From NCBI GenBank assembly GCA_035762005.1, contig DASTQA010000051.1:633-64632 (forward strand): DNA of 64,000 nt, read 5' to 3'. This DNA comes from Gaiellaceae bacterium (GTDB taxonomy: Bacteria > Actinomycetota > Thermoleophilia > Gaiellales > Gaiellaceae). Below are positions 44,874 through 52,803 of the stretch, piece by piece. A program made the position numbers and the translations under genes. Numbering within the stretch: position 1 is the stretch's first letter; every line of letters starts with the position of its first letter. The notes under the pieces are model-generated. The model was given only the letters and a program-made list of their open reading frames with translations, was not told the DNA's origin and did not search any database.

Positions 44874-45773
44874 ATGGTCGACCTGAACAAGGAGATCAAG
44901 CTCGGCGACCTCTTCCGCCGGCGCGCCAAGGAGCCCGAGCGGCCTGCCGGCGCGACGCCGCAGGAGGAGACGCCGAAGAAGGAGCGCCGGCCGCTCTTCG
45001 CCCGCGGCCGCCGGGAGGCGACCGCCGGCGAGCCGACGCCCGCCAAGGAGGCGAGGCCGAAGAAGGAGCGGCGCCGGCGCGGTGCGGGGAACCCCGCCGT
45101 CGAGCCGAGGCCCGCCGCCGAGCTGCCGTCGATCCCGCTGATGCGCGCGTTCGACCTCCTGCCGAAGGAGCCCGTGCGCGAGAAGGGCGGCCGCGCCGGC
45201 CTCGTCCGGCTGGGGATCGCCCTCCTCGGCATCCTCGTCGTCGGCGGGCTCGGCGGCGCCTACCTCTTCACGAGCTCCGGCGTCTCCTCGAAGCAGTCGG
45301 AGCTGGACGACCTGCGCGCGCAGCTCGCCGAGCTCGAGGTTCCGGCGGAGGCCCCCGCCGCCGGCGAGGCCGCGCTCGCGGGCGAGGGCATGGCGCGGAA
45401 GACCGCGCTCTCGAGCGCGCTCGCGAGCCGGATCGCCTGGGACCGGGTGCTGCGCGAGGTCTCGCTCGTCGTCCCCGAGGGCGTCTGGCTCACCCAGCTC
45501 GCCGGGACGACGCCGAACGGCGGCTCGGCCGGGACGGGCGCCCCCGCGCCGCCCGCCGCGCCGACCGGGTCGACCTCGCCCAACTCGCTCTCGGTGACCG
45601 GCTTCGCGACGAGCCAGGAGAGCGTCGCCGTGCTCCTCTCGCGCCTCGCCGCCATCCCCGAGCTGACGGCGGTGCAGCTCCAGTCGAGCACCCGGAACGA
45701 CGCGGAGTTCGGGCCGGTCTACTCCTTCTCGATCCTGACCGCGGTCGATCCGCTGGGGAGGCCGGCCTCGTGA
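44874..45773 (+). CDS. pilN: PilN-like protein with about 95-aa Lys/Arg/Glu/Pro-rich N-terminal extension
   Basis: TM LVRLGIALLGILVVGGLGGAYLF, coiled coil, C-terminal SLSVTGFATSQESVAVLLSRL typical of PilN. Confidence 0.75.
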   Translation: MVDLNKEIKLGDLFRRRAKEPERPAGATPQEETPKKERRPLFARGRREATAGEPTPAKEARPKKERRRRGAGNPAVEPRPAAELPSIPLMRAFDLLPKEPVREKGGRAGLVRLGIALLGILVVGGLGGAYLFTSSGVSSKQSELDDLRAQLAELEVPAEAPAAGEAALAGEGMARKTALSSALASRIAWDRVLREVSLVVPEGVWLTQLAGTTPNGGSAGTGAPAPPAAPTGSTSPNSLSVTGFATSQESVAVLLSRLAAIPELTAVQLQSSTRNDAEFGPVYSFSILTAVDPLGRPAS

Positions 45774-46417
45774 AGCGCCAGGTGCCGATGTCGCTCGTCG
45801 CCGTGCCGGCGCTCCTCCTCGTGGCCGCGATCGGGTTCTTCCTGCTCGTCAAGCCGCAGATGGACGAGAGCGCCGCGCTCGACGAGCGGATCGCCGAGCT
45901 GCAGGGCAAGGTCGACGTCGCGCTGGCCGCCGAGAGCCGCACCGCGCCCGAGGAGCGGATCGAGGTCGCGGACCTCTTCCGGCTCACGAAGGCGATGCCC
46001 GACTCGACCGACATGGCCGGCATGATCCTCGAGCTGGACGGCGTGGCGGAGTCCGCCGGCGTCGACTTCATCTCGATCACGCCCACGCCCCCGGTGGCCA
46101 GGGGCAGCGGCTTCCAGGCAGTGCCGATCCAGGTCACGTTCGAGGGCAACTACTACGACCTGACGGACTTCCTCTTCCGGCTGCGGAACCTCGTCGTCGT
46201 GCGCGACGGCGAGCTCCAGGCGGGCGGGCGCCTTTTCACGCTCGACGCGCTCGACATCCAGAAGGGGAGCCAGGGGCTGCCCCAGGTGCAGGCCGTGATG
46301 ACGATCAGCGCCTACCGGTTCGACCCGGCCGCGACCGTGCCGGCGACGGCCGCGCCGCCGGCGTCCACGACCGCGACCCCGCCGGCGACGGACCCGGCGA
46401 CGCTCGGAGCGGGCTAG
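45770..46417 (+). CDS. pilO: PilO-like pilus assembly protein
   Basis: GTG overlaps the pilN stop. TM plus coiled coil, and VPIQVTFEGNYYDLTDFLFRLRNL motif. Confidence 0.75.
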   Translation: MKRQVPMSLVAVPALLLVAAIGFFLLVKPQMDESAALDERIAELQGKVDVALAAESRTAPEERIEVADLFRLTKAMPDSTDMAGMILELDGVAESAGVDFISITPTPPVARGSGFQAVPIQVTFEGNYYDLTDFLFRLRNLVVVRDGELQAGGRLFTLDALDIQKGSQGLPQVQAVMTISAYRFDPAATVPATAAPPASTTATPPATDPATLGAG

Positions 46418-46419
46418 CG

Positions 46420-47043
46420 ATGGCAAGGCGAAGCGCAGCCGACATCCAGAAGGCGAAGGAGGCGAAGCAGAAGAAGCTCATCCTCGTCCTGCTGCCCTTC
46501 TTCCTCGTCCTCGCCGCCTGGCAGGGCCCGAAGACCTACAAGTCGCTCTTCGCCCGGCCTGCGCCCGAGGGCGCGACCGCCGTGCAGACGACGACCCCGC
46601 CGACGGCGACGACGCCCGGCGCCGTCACCCCGGCGCCCGGAGCGGCCGCTCCGGCGGCCGCGGGCCTCGTCGACAGCGACCCGCTCCCCGAGGCCGCGAG
46701 CGACCAGCTCATCTCCTTCAGCCGGTTCGCCCCTCGCGACCCGTTCCTGCCCCCGGCCGGGCGAGTGCCGGAGCCGTCGGCCGACGACCCGGCCGCGGCG
46801 CTCTCCTCCGCGCAGATCGAGGTGAACGGTGCCTCCGAGTCCGTGAGCGTGAACGGCACCTTCCCCGCGAGCGACCCGATCTTCCAGCTCGTGTCGGTGA
46901 GCGAGACGCGCGTGGTCGTCACGCTCACGAGCGGCGCCTTCGAGGGCGGCGAGGCGAACGTCCAGATCGCCGTCGGCGAGCGGGTCGACCTGGTCGCCGA
47001 CGACGGCACGAGGTTCACCGTCACTGTCCTCTCCGTCGGCTAG
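46420..47043 (+). CDS. membrane-anchored hypothetical protein, last gene of the pilMNO unit
   Basis: N-terminal TM (LILVLLPFFLVLAAW), Pro/Ala/Thr linker, about 70-aa beta-type C-terminal domain. Occupies the pilP-equivalent position, but no homology is claimed. Confidence 0.55.
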   Translation: MARRSAADIQKAKEAKQKKLILVLLPFFLVLAAWQGPKTYKSLFARPAPEGATAVQTTTPPTATTPGAVTPAPGAAAPAAAGLVDSDPLPEAASDQLISFSRFAPRDPFLPPAGRVPEPSADDPAAALSSAQIEVNGASESVSVNGTFPASDPIFQLVSVSETRVVVTLTSGAFEGGEANVQIAVGERVDLVADDGTRFTVTVLSVG

Positions 47044-47088
47044 GCGCCTGCTCCCGACCCGTCCGAGGGGCCAGTTGGGTTGGCCCGC

Positions 47089-47232
47089 GTGCGCCTGCTC
47101 GTCACCCGCCGCGAGGTCCGCTGCACGGGCCGTCCGACCGCCGTCCCTCCCGGAGTCGACGCGGCCCGTGCTCCTGGAGGACGGCTCCGTGCTCGTCCAC
47201 GCGGACGCGCGCGGCTCCAGGCCGCTGAACGG
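47089..47232 (+). pseudogene. decayed duplicate of the 5' end of nucS
   Basis: About 144 nt align with nucS 47731-47878 at roughly 85-90% identity by eye, with 3 small indels that break the frame (VRLLVTRREVRCTGRPTAV versus MRLIVARCEVRYTGRLTAV). Confidence 0.8.
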
Positions 47233-47277
47233 CGACTCGACGAAGGCCCTCGCGGGCGCAAGGGTGACCCGCCGCTC

Positions 47278-47601
47278 TCACTCCCAGATGAAGAGCTCGC
47301 CGAGGAGCACGAACGCGCAGAAGGCGCCGATCAGGATGGGCAGCGCGAGCAGGAGCCAGCGCTCGCCCTTCAGCAGGGAGGCGATCGCCGCCCCCGCGCC
47401 GCCGATCCCCGCGCCGAGGCCCAGGATCACCGCGGTCGGGACGAGCCACGCGCCCCAATCCGTGTCCCGGACGTCCCACACGCTCAGGAGCGCGACCAGC
47501 CCGATCACGGCGACGGCGACAGCCGAAAGGTCGAGCGCCAGCCTGGCCAGTCGCCCGTGACCCTCGAGGTGCGGTGCAGGCATAACGGTCATCAGGCTCA
47601 C
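47278..47601 (-). CDS. small 3-TM membrane protein
   Basis: 107 aa with three hydrophobic segments. Lies between the nucS fragment and intact nucS. Confidence 0.5.
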   Translation of the reverse strand: MSLMTVMPAPHLEGHGRLARLALDLSAVAVAVIGLVALLSVWDVRDTDWGAWLVPTAVILGLGAGIGGAGAAIASLLKGERWLLLALPILIGAFCAFVLLGELFIWE

Positions 47602-47730
47602 CGTCCTTTCTCCCTCAGCATCGGTCCTCGCGGGACCACCCGCATCCGCGCTTCAACGGACTCGCTGGGGGCGGACTACTGAGCGCGTGACGGTCTGGAC
47701 ACGTCCGAAACGGGCGGTACGGTCGCACGC

Positions 47731-48414
47731 ATGCGCCTCATCGTCGCCCGCTGCGAGGTCCGCTACACGGGCCGTCTGACCGCCGTCCTCCCGGACTCGA
47801 CGCGGCTCGTGCTCCTGAAGGAGGACGGCTCCGTGCTCGTCCACGCGGACGCGGGCGGCTACAAGCCGTTGAACTGGATGACGCCGCCCACGGTCGTCGA
47901 GGAGGACGGGGACCCGCCCGCGCGGATCGTCGTGCGCAAGCGGAGCAGCCGCTCGGAGGACCGCCTCGAGATCGAGATCCGCGAGCTCCTGAGCGACGTC
48001 CGTCACGACATGGGCGAGTCGGCCGCGCTCGAGAAGGACGGCGTCGAGCGCGACCTCCAGGCCGAGCTCGCGGCGCGTCCCGAGGTTCTCGGCGAGGGTC
48101 TCCGTCTCCATACCCGCGAGTGGCGCACCGACATCGGCCCGGTCGATCTCATGTGCAGGGACGCGGACGGCGGCTGGGTCGCCGTCGAGATCAAGCGGGT
48201 GGCGACGATCGAGGCGGTCGAGCAGCTCGCCCGCTACCTCGAGCGGATCAGGCTCGACCCGGCGACTGCCGGCTGCGCCGGCATCCTCGCCGCCCAGCGG
48301 TTCAAGCCGCAGGCGCAGACGCTGGCCGCCTCCCGGGGCCTCCGTTGCGTCGAGGTCGACCTCGAGTCGCTGCGCGGGGTGCGCGAGCCCGAGCTCACCC
48401 TCTTCGTCTCCTGA
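47731..48414 (+). CDS. nucS: mismatch-specific endonuclease NucS (EndoMS)
   Basis: 227 aa. N-terminal half-barrel domain and C-terminal RecB-like nuclease motifs (GPVDLMCRD...VAVEIKR). Confidence 0.9.
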   Translation: MRLIVARCEVRYTGRLTAVLPDSTRLVLLKEDGSVLVHADAGGYKPLNWMTPPTVVEEDGDPPARIVVRKRSSRSEDRLEIEIRELLSDVRHDMGESAALEKDGVERDLQAELAARPEVLGEGLRLHTREWRTDIGPVDLMCRDADGGWVAVEIKRVATIEAVEQLARYLERIRLDPATAGCAGILAAQRFKPQAQTLAASRGLRCVEVDLESLRGVREPELTLFVS

Positions 48415-48806
48415 CGCGCCTGCCGCTCACCCGCGGCGCGCGCCGCCTCGTCTACGCGCTCCTCGCGGTCGGGCTCCTCGCCGCGATCGTCGTCCAGTAC
48501 GCGCGCCACGACGTCGGCTGGTGGCCTCCGGTGGCCTTCGGCCTCGGCCCGGACGTCGCGCTCCTCTTCGGCGCCGGTCGCGGTCTCGAGCGCGGGCAGC
48601 TCCATCCGCGCGCCGTCCCGCTCTACAACGCGCTGCACCGCTTCTGGGGCCCGCTCGCCCTCGCCGTCCTCGCGGTCGCGGCCGGGCTGCCCGCCGCCTG
48701 GCTCGTGGGGGCGCTCGCCTGGGCCGCGCACGTCGCGGTCGACCGCGCGGTCGGCTACGGCCTGCGCACGCGGGACGGCTTCCAGCGTCCCGACCGGTCC
48801 GGCTAG
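48411..48806 (+). CDS. DUF4260-like membrane protein (start uncertain)
   Basis: Credible sequence begins right after the nucS stop (LTRLPLTRGARRLVYALLAVGLL). It contains YNALH and HVAVDRAVGYGLR. The only start-like codons here are CTG, so the start is unresolved. Confidence 0.5.
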   Translation: MTRLPLTRGARRLVYALLAVGLLAAIVVQYARHDVGWWPPVAFGLGPDVALLFGAGRGLERGQLHPRAVPLYNALHRFWGPLALAVLAVAAGLPAAWLVGALAWAAHVAVDRAVGYGLRTRDGFQRPDRSG

Positions 48807-49594
48807 AGGCCGGTCGCCTCGTCGAAGATCGAGGTGACCCGCGCCCACTCCTTGTAGGGCGTCTCGGGCTCGCGGACGACGACGGTGAGCCGCTTCACGG
48901 CTCGCCCCGAGGTCCCGGTCCCGCTCGCCACCTGGCTCCAGGCGATGTACGTGTCGACGCGGTAGCTCTTGCCGTCGGCCCCGGCGGTCGTCTTCGTGGG
49001 CACGAGGCTCGTGCACGGCGAGCCGCCGAAGGAGCAGGAGGCGATCGCGACGCGCTCCGTCAGCGTCACCGTGGCGCCGGCGTTGTGCGTGCCGGGCACC
49101 GTTCCGTCCCCGCCGCGCTCGACGGTCCAGGTCGTCGTCCCCGCGCCGGCGGTGACGATCAGGACCTCGCCCGCGATCGTGATCCGGAACTCGCCGGCGG
49201 CCGGGAAGCCCGTCGCCGAGGCGACGGTGAGGGTCGTGCCGGTCTGGGTCAGGCCGCCGGTCACGCTCGTCGTGACGGCGCCGTCGTTCGCGTAGGCCTC
49301 GTGGGCGGCGTAGACGTCCGGATCCTCGGCGGCGACGAGGGCCGCGACCTCGCCCGCGTCGAGCCCGAGCGTCTCGTACTTCACGGCTCGGAAGCGCTCC
49401 ATCTCCGCATCGGCCAGGGCGCCGGCGGTCGTGATCGTGCTCGCCCGCCGGAGCTGGACGAGCCCCGACTGGAAGAGGGCGAAGACGGCGAGGACGCCGA
49501 TCATCATGATCGTCATCGCGGCGACGAGCTCGACCATGCCGAAGCCCCGCTCGTCGCGGCCGCGCGCGAAGAGAAGTCGGCTCGACGCGGACAC
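48803..49594 (-). CDS. prepilin-type minor pilin (PilV-like)
   Basis: GTG start. Class III signal DERG/FGMVELVAAMTIMMIGVLAV with Glu at +5. 263 aa. Confidence 0.75.
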   Translation of the reverse strand: MSASSRLLFARGRDERGFGMVELVAAMTIMMIGVLAVFALFQSGLVQLRRASTITTAGALADAEMERFRAVKYETLGLDAGEVAALVAAEDPDVYAAHEAYANDGAVTTSVTGGLTQTGTTLTVASATGFPAAGEFRITIAGEVLIVTAGAGTTTWTVERGGDGTVPGTHNAGATVTLTERVAIASCSFGGSPCTSLVPTKTTAGADGKSYRVDTYIAWSQVASGTGTSGRAVKRLTVVVREPETPYKEWARVTSIFDEATGL

Positions 49595-49601
49595 CGCCTC
49601 T

Positions 49602-49629
49602 TCATCGGCACCCCGCCCCGCCGGCTCAA
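49602..49629 (-). promoter_or_regulatory. sigma-28-type promoter candidate (TTGA-N16-GCCGATGA) for the minor pilin
   Basis: The box ends 7 nt upstream of GTG 49594. Its -35 tetramer is the same 4 bp used by the divergent pilC candidate. Confidence 0.4.
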
Positions 49630-49653
49630 GCGGAGGCCGGGGGATGCCGATTC
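49626..49653 (+). promoter_or_regulatory. sigma-28-type promoter candidate (TCAA-N16-GCCGATTC) for pilC
   Basis: GCCGATTC at 49646-49653, 9 nt upstream of ATG 49663. Confidence 0.4.
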
Positions 49654-49662
49654 CGGAGGCGT

Positions 49663-50871
49663 ATGGCGTCGTACGCCTATACGGCCATCAACGCTGCCGG
49701 CCTCGAGTCGACCGGCGAGATCCACGCGCCCGACGCGGGCGCCGCGCGGGAGGCGCTGCGCGTCCGCGGCCTCCTGGCCCTGAACCTGGACGAGCAGGCC
49801 GGAGGCGGGAAGGCGCAGGGCGTCGTCGTCAAGAAGGTCAAGGCGAAGTCGCTGCAGATCTTCTCCCGCCAGTTCGCCACGATGATCGAGGCCGGCCTGA
49901 ACGTCGTCACCGCGCTCGTCATCCTCGAGGAGCAGACGGAGGACAAGAAGCTCGCCGCCGTCATCGCCGAGCTGCGTGCGGACGTCGAGGGGGGCCTGCT
50001 GCTCTCCGAGGCGATGGCGCGCCACCCCCGGGTCTTCTCGCGCCTCTTCGTCGCCATGGTCGAGGCGGGCGAGGCGGCGGGGATCCTCGACGTCGTCCTC
50101 GACCGCGTCGCCTACCAGATCGAGAAGGAGACGAAGATCAAGCGGCGTGTCAGGGGCGCGATGATGTACCCGCTGATGGTGCTGTCGTTCGCGACACTCG
50201 TCCTGATCGGCATGCTCCTCTTCCTCGTCCCGATCTTCGTGGACATCTTCAAGTCGCTCGGCGGCGATCTGCCCCTCCTGACGAAGATCGTCGTCGCCGC
50301 GTCCGACTTCCTGCGCGAGCGCTTCTACATCGTCTTCCCGGCCATGGGCCTCCTCATCTGGGGCTTCTTCCGCCTGAAGAAGACCGAGAAGGGCCGTCGC
50401 GTCTGGGACGCGACCCGCATCCGCGCCCCCATGGGCATCGGCAAGGTGATCGTCAAGATCGGGATGGCGCGGTTCTCGCGCACGCTCTCGACGCTCGTCG
50501 CCGCGGGCGTCGACATCATCCGCTCGCTCGAGATCACCGCGAACACGTCGGGGAACAGCCTCATCGAGGACGCGACGATCGAGGTGAAGGAGCGCGTGAC
50601 CCAGGGCGTCCCCATCGCCGTCCCGCTCGCCGAGGCGGCGATCTTCCCGCCCATGGTCTCGCACATGGTGCGCGTCGGCGAGGAGACGGGGGAGCTCGAG
50701 AAGATGCTCTCGAAGATCGCCGACTTCTACGAGGACGAGGTCGACAGCGCGATCGCGAGCCTGACGTCGATCATCGAGCCGCTCATGATGATCCTCGTCG
50801 GCATCGTCGTCGGGGTGATCATCATCGCGATGTACCTCCCCATGTTCAAGCTCCTGACCCTGATCCAGTAG
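49663..50871 (+). CDS. pilC: type IV pilus platform protein PilC (GspF family)
   Basis: 402 aa. Duplicated GspF domains, three TM regions, typical N-terminus YTAINAAGLESTGEI. Confidence 0.9.
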   Translation: MASYAYTAINAAGLESTGEIHAPDAGAAREALRVRGLLALNLDEQAGGGKAQGVVVKKVKAKSLQIFSRQFATMIEAGLNVVTALVILEEQTEDKKLAAVIAELRADVEGGLLLSEAMARHPRVFSRLFVAMVEAGEAAGILDVVLDRVAYQIEKETKIKRRVRGAMMYPLMVLSFATLVLIGMLLFLVPIFVDIFKSLGGDLPLLTKIVVAASDFLRERFYIVFPAMGLLIWGFFRLKKTEKGRRVWDATRIRAPMGIGKVIVKIGMARFSRTLSTLVAAGVDIIRSLEITANTSGNSLIEDATIEVKERVTQGVPIAVPLAEAAIFPPMVSHMVRVGEETGELEKMLSKIADFYEDEVDSAIASLTSIIEPLMMILVGIVVGVIIIAMYLPMFKLLTLIQ

Positions 50872-51111
50872 GCGGCGGGCGGCCGGCCCCGCGGCGGGCG
50901 GTCGGCGACCGGCGGGGTGGTGGGGCAATGACTGCGCGAGCTCGACCTCTCCCTGCACGAGACCTTTCGAGTTCCCGTCTGCCCACCTGAGCGGGCAGTA
51001 AGGGACGCGGCTATGATCAACGAGCTCGCACGCGCGATGAGGCTCGCGCCTAACCGCCCGCAGGGCTGATGGCCTCTACCCCAGTCGAACGGTCTCGTCC
51101 GGGAGGTAGAG

Positions 51112-52281
51112 GTGAGCGAGCTTGCGATTGCTGTAGTGCTGGCGGGGGCGATCCTGCTTGCCTCGACGATCTCGATCGAGCTCGGCATCTCGGTCGCGCT
51201 CGTGGAGCTGGCCCTGGGGGTCGTGGTCGGGAACGCGTTCGACGTCGGCGTGCCCGCATGGCTGGTCTTCATCGGCTCGTTCGCGGGGATCGTCCTCACG
51301 TTCCTGGCCGGCGCGGAGGTCGACGTCGATCAGTTCCGGCGGGAGTGGCGGGCGAGCCTCGGTATCGGGGTCGTCTCGTTCGCGGCGCCCTTCCTCGTCT
51401 GCACGGCGTTCGCCTACTGGGCGCTGGACTGGTCTGCGGACGCCGCCAAGATCGCGGGCATCGCGCTCTCGACGACGAGCCTCGCGGTCGTCTACTCGGT
51501 GCTGGTCGAGACCGGGCTGAACCAGACCGCGATCGGGCGGCGAATCATGTCGGCCACGTTCGTGACTGACTTCGGCACCGCGGCGGCGCTCTCCATCCTC
51601 TTCGTGACGCCGAGCCTCTGGATCATCGCGTTCGCCGCCGTCTCCGCCTCGCTGATCCTCGGGTTGCCGCGGCTCTCGCCCTGGTTCTTCGGCCGCTACG
51701 GCAACCGGGTGATCGAGCCGGAGATCAAGCTCGTCTTCTTCGCGCTCTTCCTCCTCATGTGGCTCGGCGAGCGGTCGAACTCGCACGCCGTCCTCCCGGC
51801 GTTCGTGCTCGGGCTGGCGCTGAGCTCGCACTACGCGACCCACCGCAAGGAGCAGGAGCGGATGCGAGTCGTCGCCTTCGCGTTCCTCACGCCGCTGTTC
51901 TTCTTCAAGGGCGGGATGAACGTGTCGGCGGCGGCGCTCTGGGCGAACCTCGGCGTGCTGGGCCTCCTGTTCGCGGCCAAGATGGTTCCCAAGCTCGCCG
52001 GCGTCTACCCGCTCGCCCGCCGTTACTGCGCGCCGCACGCCGCCTTCACGACGCTGCTGATGTCGACGGGCCTGACGTTCGGGACGATCAGCTCGCTGTT
52101 CGGCCTCCAGGCCGGGATCGTCGACGAGACGCAGTTCTCGCTCCTCGTCGCCGTCGTCGTCCTCTCCGCGATCGTGCCGACGGTGATCGCGCAGCGCCTG
52201 TTCCAGCCGACCGCCGCCGCGGAGCACGCGCGCGAGCGGGCGCTTGCGGTCGCCGAGCCGGTGCGGGAGGCTGAGCGCTGA
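51112..52281 (+). CDS. cation:proton antiporter (CPA family)
   Basis: 389 aa, about 11 TM helices. N-terminal region typical of Na+/H+ exchanger-type proteins. GTG start. Confidence 0.8.
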   Translation: MSELAIAVVLAGAILLASTISIELGISVALVELALGVVVGNAFDVGVPAWLVFIGSFAGIVLTFLAGAEVDVDQFRREWRASLGIGVVSFAAPFLVCTAFAYWALDWSADAAKIAGIALSTTSLAVVYSVLVETGLNQTAIGRRIMSATFVTDFGTAAALSILFVTPSLWIIAFAAVSASLILGLPRLSPWFFGRYGNRVIEPEIKLVFFALFLLMWLGERSNSHAVLPAFVLGLALSSHYATHRKEQERMRVVAFAFLTPLFFFKGGMNVSAAALWANLGVLGLLFAAKMVPKLAGVYPLARRYCAPHAAFTTLLMSTGLTFGTISSLFGLQAGIVDETQFSLLVAVVVLSAIVPTVIAQRLFQPTAAAEHARERALAVAEPVREAER

Positions 52282-52283
52282 CG

Positions 52284-52706
52284 ATGCCGTTCGAGCGGAT
52301 TCTGGTTGCGATCGACGGCTCCGAGGCCTCTGACCGCGCGTTCGACAAGGCGCTCGAGCTCACCGCCCTCACCGGTGCCACGCTGGCGGCGCTCGCCGTC
52401 GAAGGGCCGCTGCCCGCCTACGCCGCCACCGTCGGCGAGGTCGAGGAGGTCAAGCGCGAGAAGGACGCCTTCTTCAGTCGCCTGCTCACCGCCGCCGAAG
52501 AGAAGGCAGCAGCCTCCGGCGTCGCGCTCGAGACCGAGCTTCGGCCCGGTCACGCCGCCGAGTTGATCGTCCGCGTCGCCGGCGAGTGGCGCGCAGACCT
52601 GATCGTGCTCGGCCACAAGGGCCACTTCCTGCGCGACCACCTGCTCGGATCCACCGCCGACCGCGTCACCGAGCACGCCGACTGTCCTGTCATGATCGTG
52701 CGGTAG
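52284..52706 (+). CDS. universal stress protein
   Basis: 140 aa. ILVAIDGSEAS...LIVLGHKGH...GSTADRVTEHADCPVMIV. Confidence 0.85.
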   Translation: MPFERILVAIDGSEASDRAFDKALELTALTGATLAALAVEGPLPAYAATVGEVEEVKREKDAFFSRLLTAAEEKAAASGVALETELRPGHAAELIVRVAGEWRADLIVLGHKGHFLRDHLLGSTADRVTEHADCPVMIVR

Positions 52707-52803
52707 CCGGCGCCTGTCGCCGCGCCGTGGCCCTGCACCGCCGGGCGAGCCGATCCGGATGCACCACTGGGAGGCGAACCTTGGCCGCCCTGCGGGGTCG
52801 CGG

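Noticed and set aside
51003-51059. 18-codon ORF (MINELARAMRLAPNRPQG) and a CTGCCC...GGGCAG hairpin in the pilC/antiporter intergenic region.
   Set aside because: The ORF is too short and lacks an SD sequence or any conservation evidence. The hairpin lacks a U-tract.
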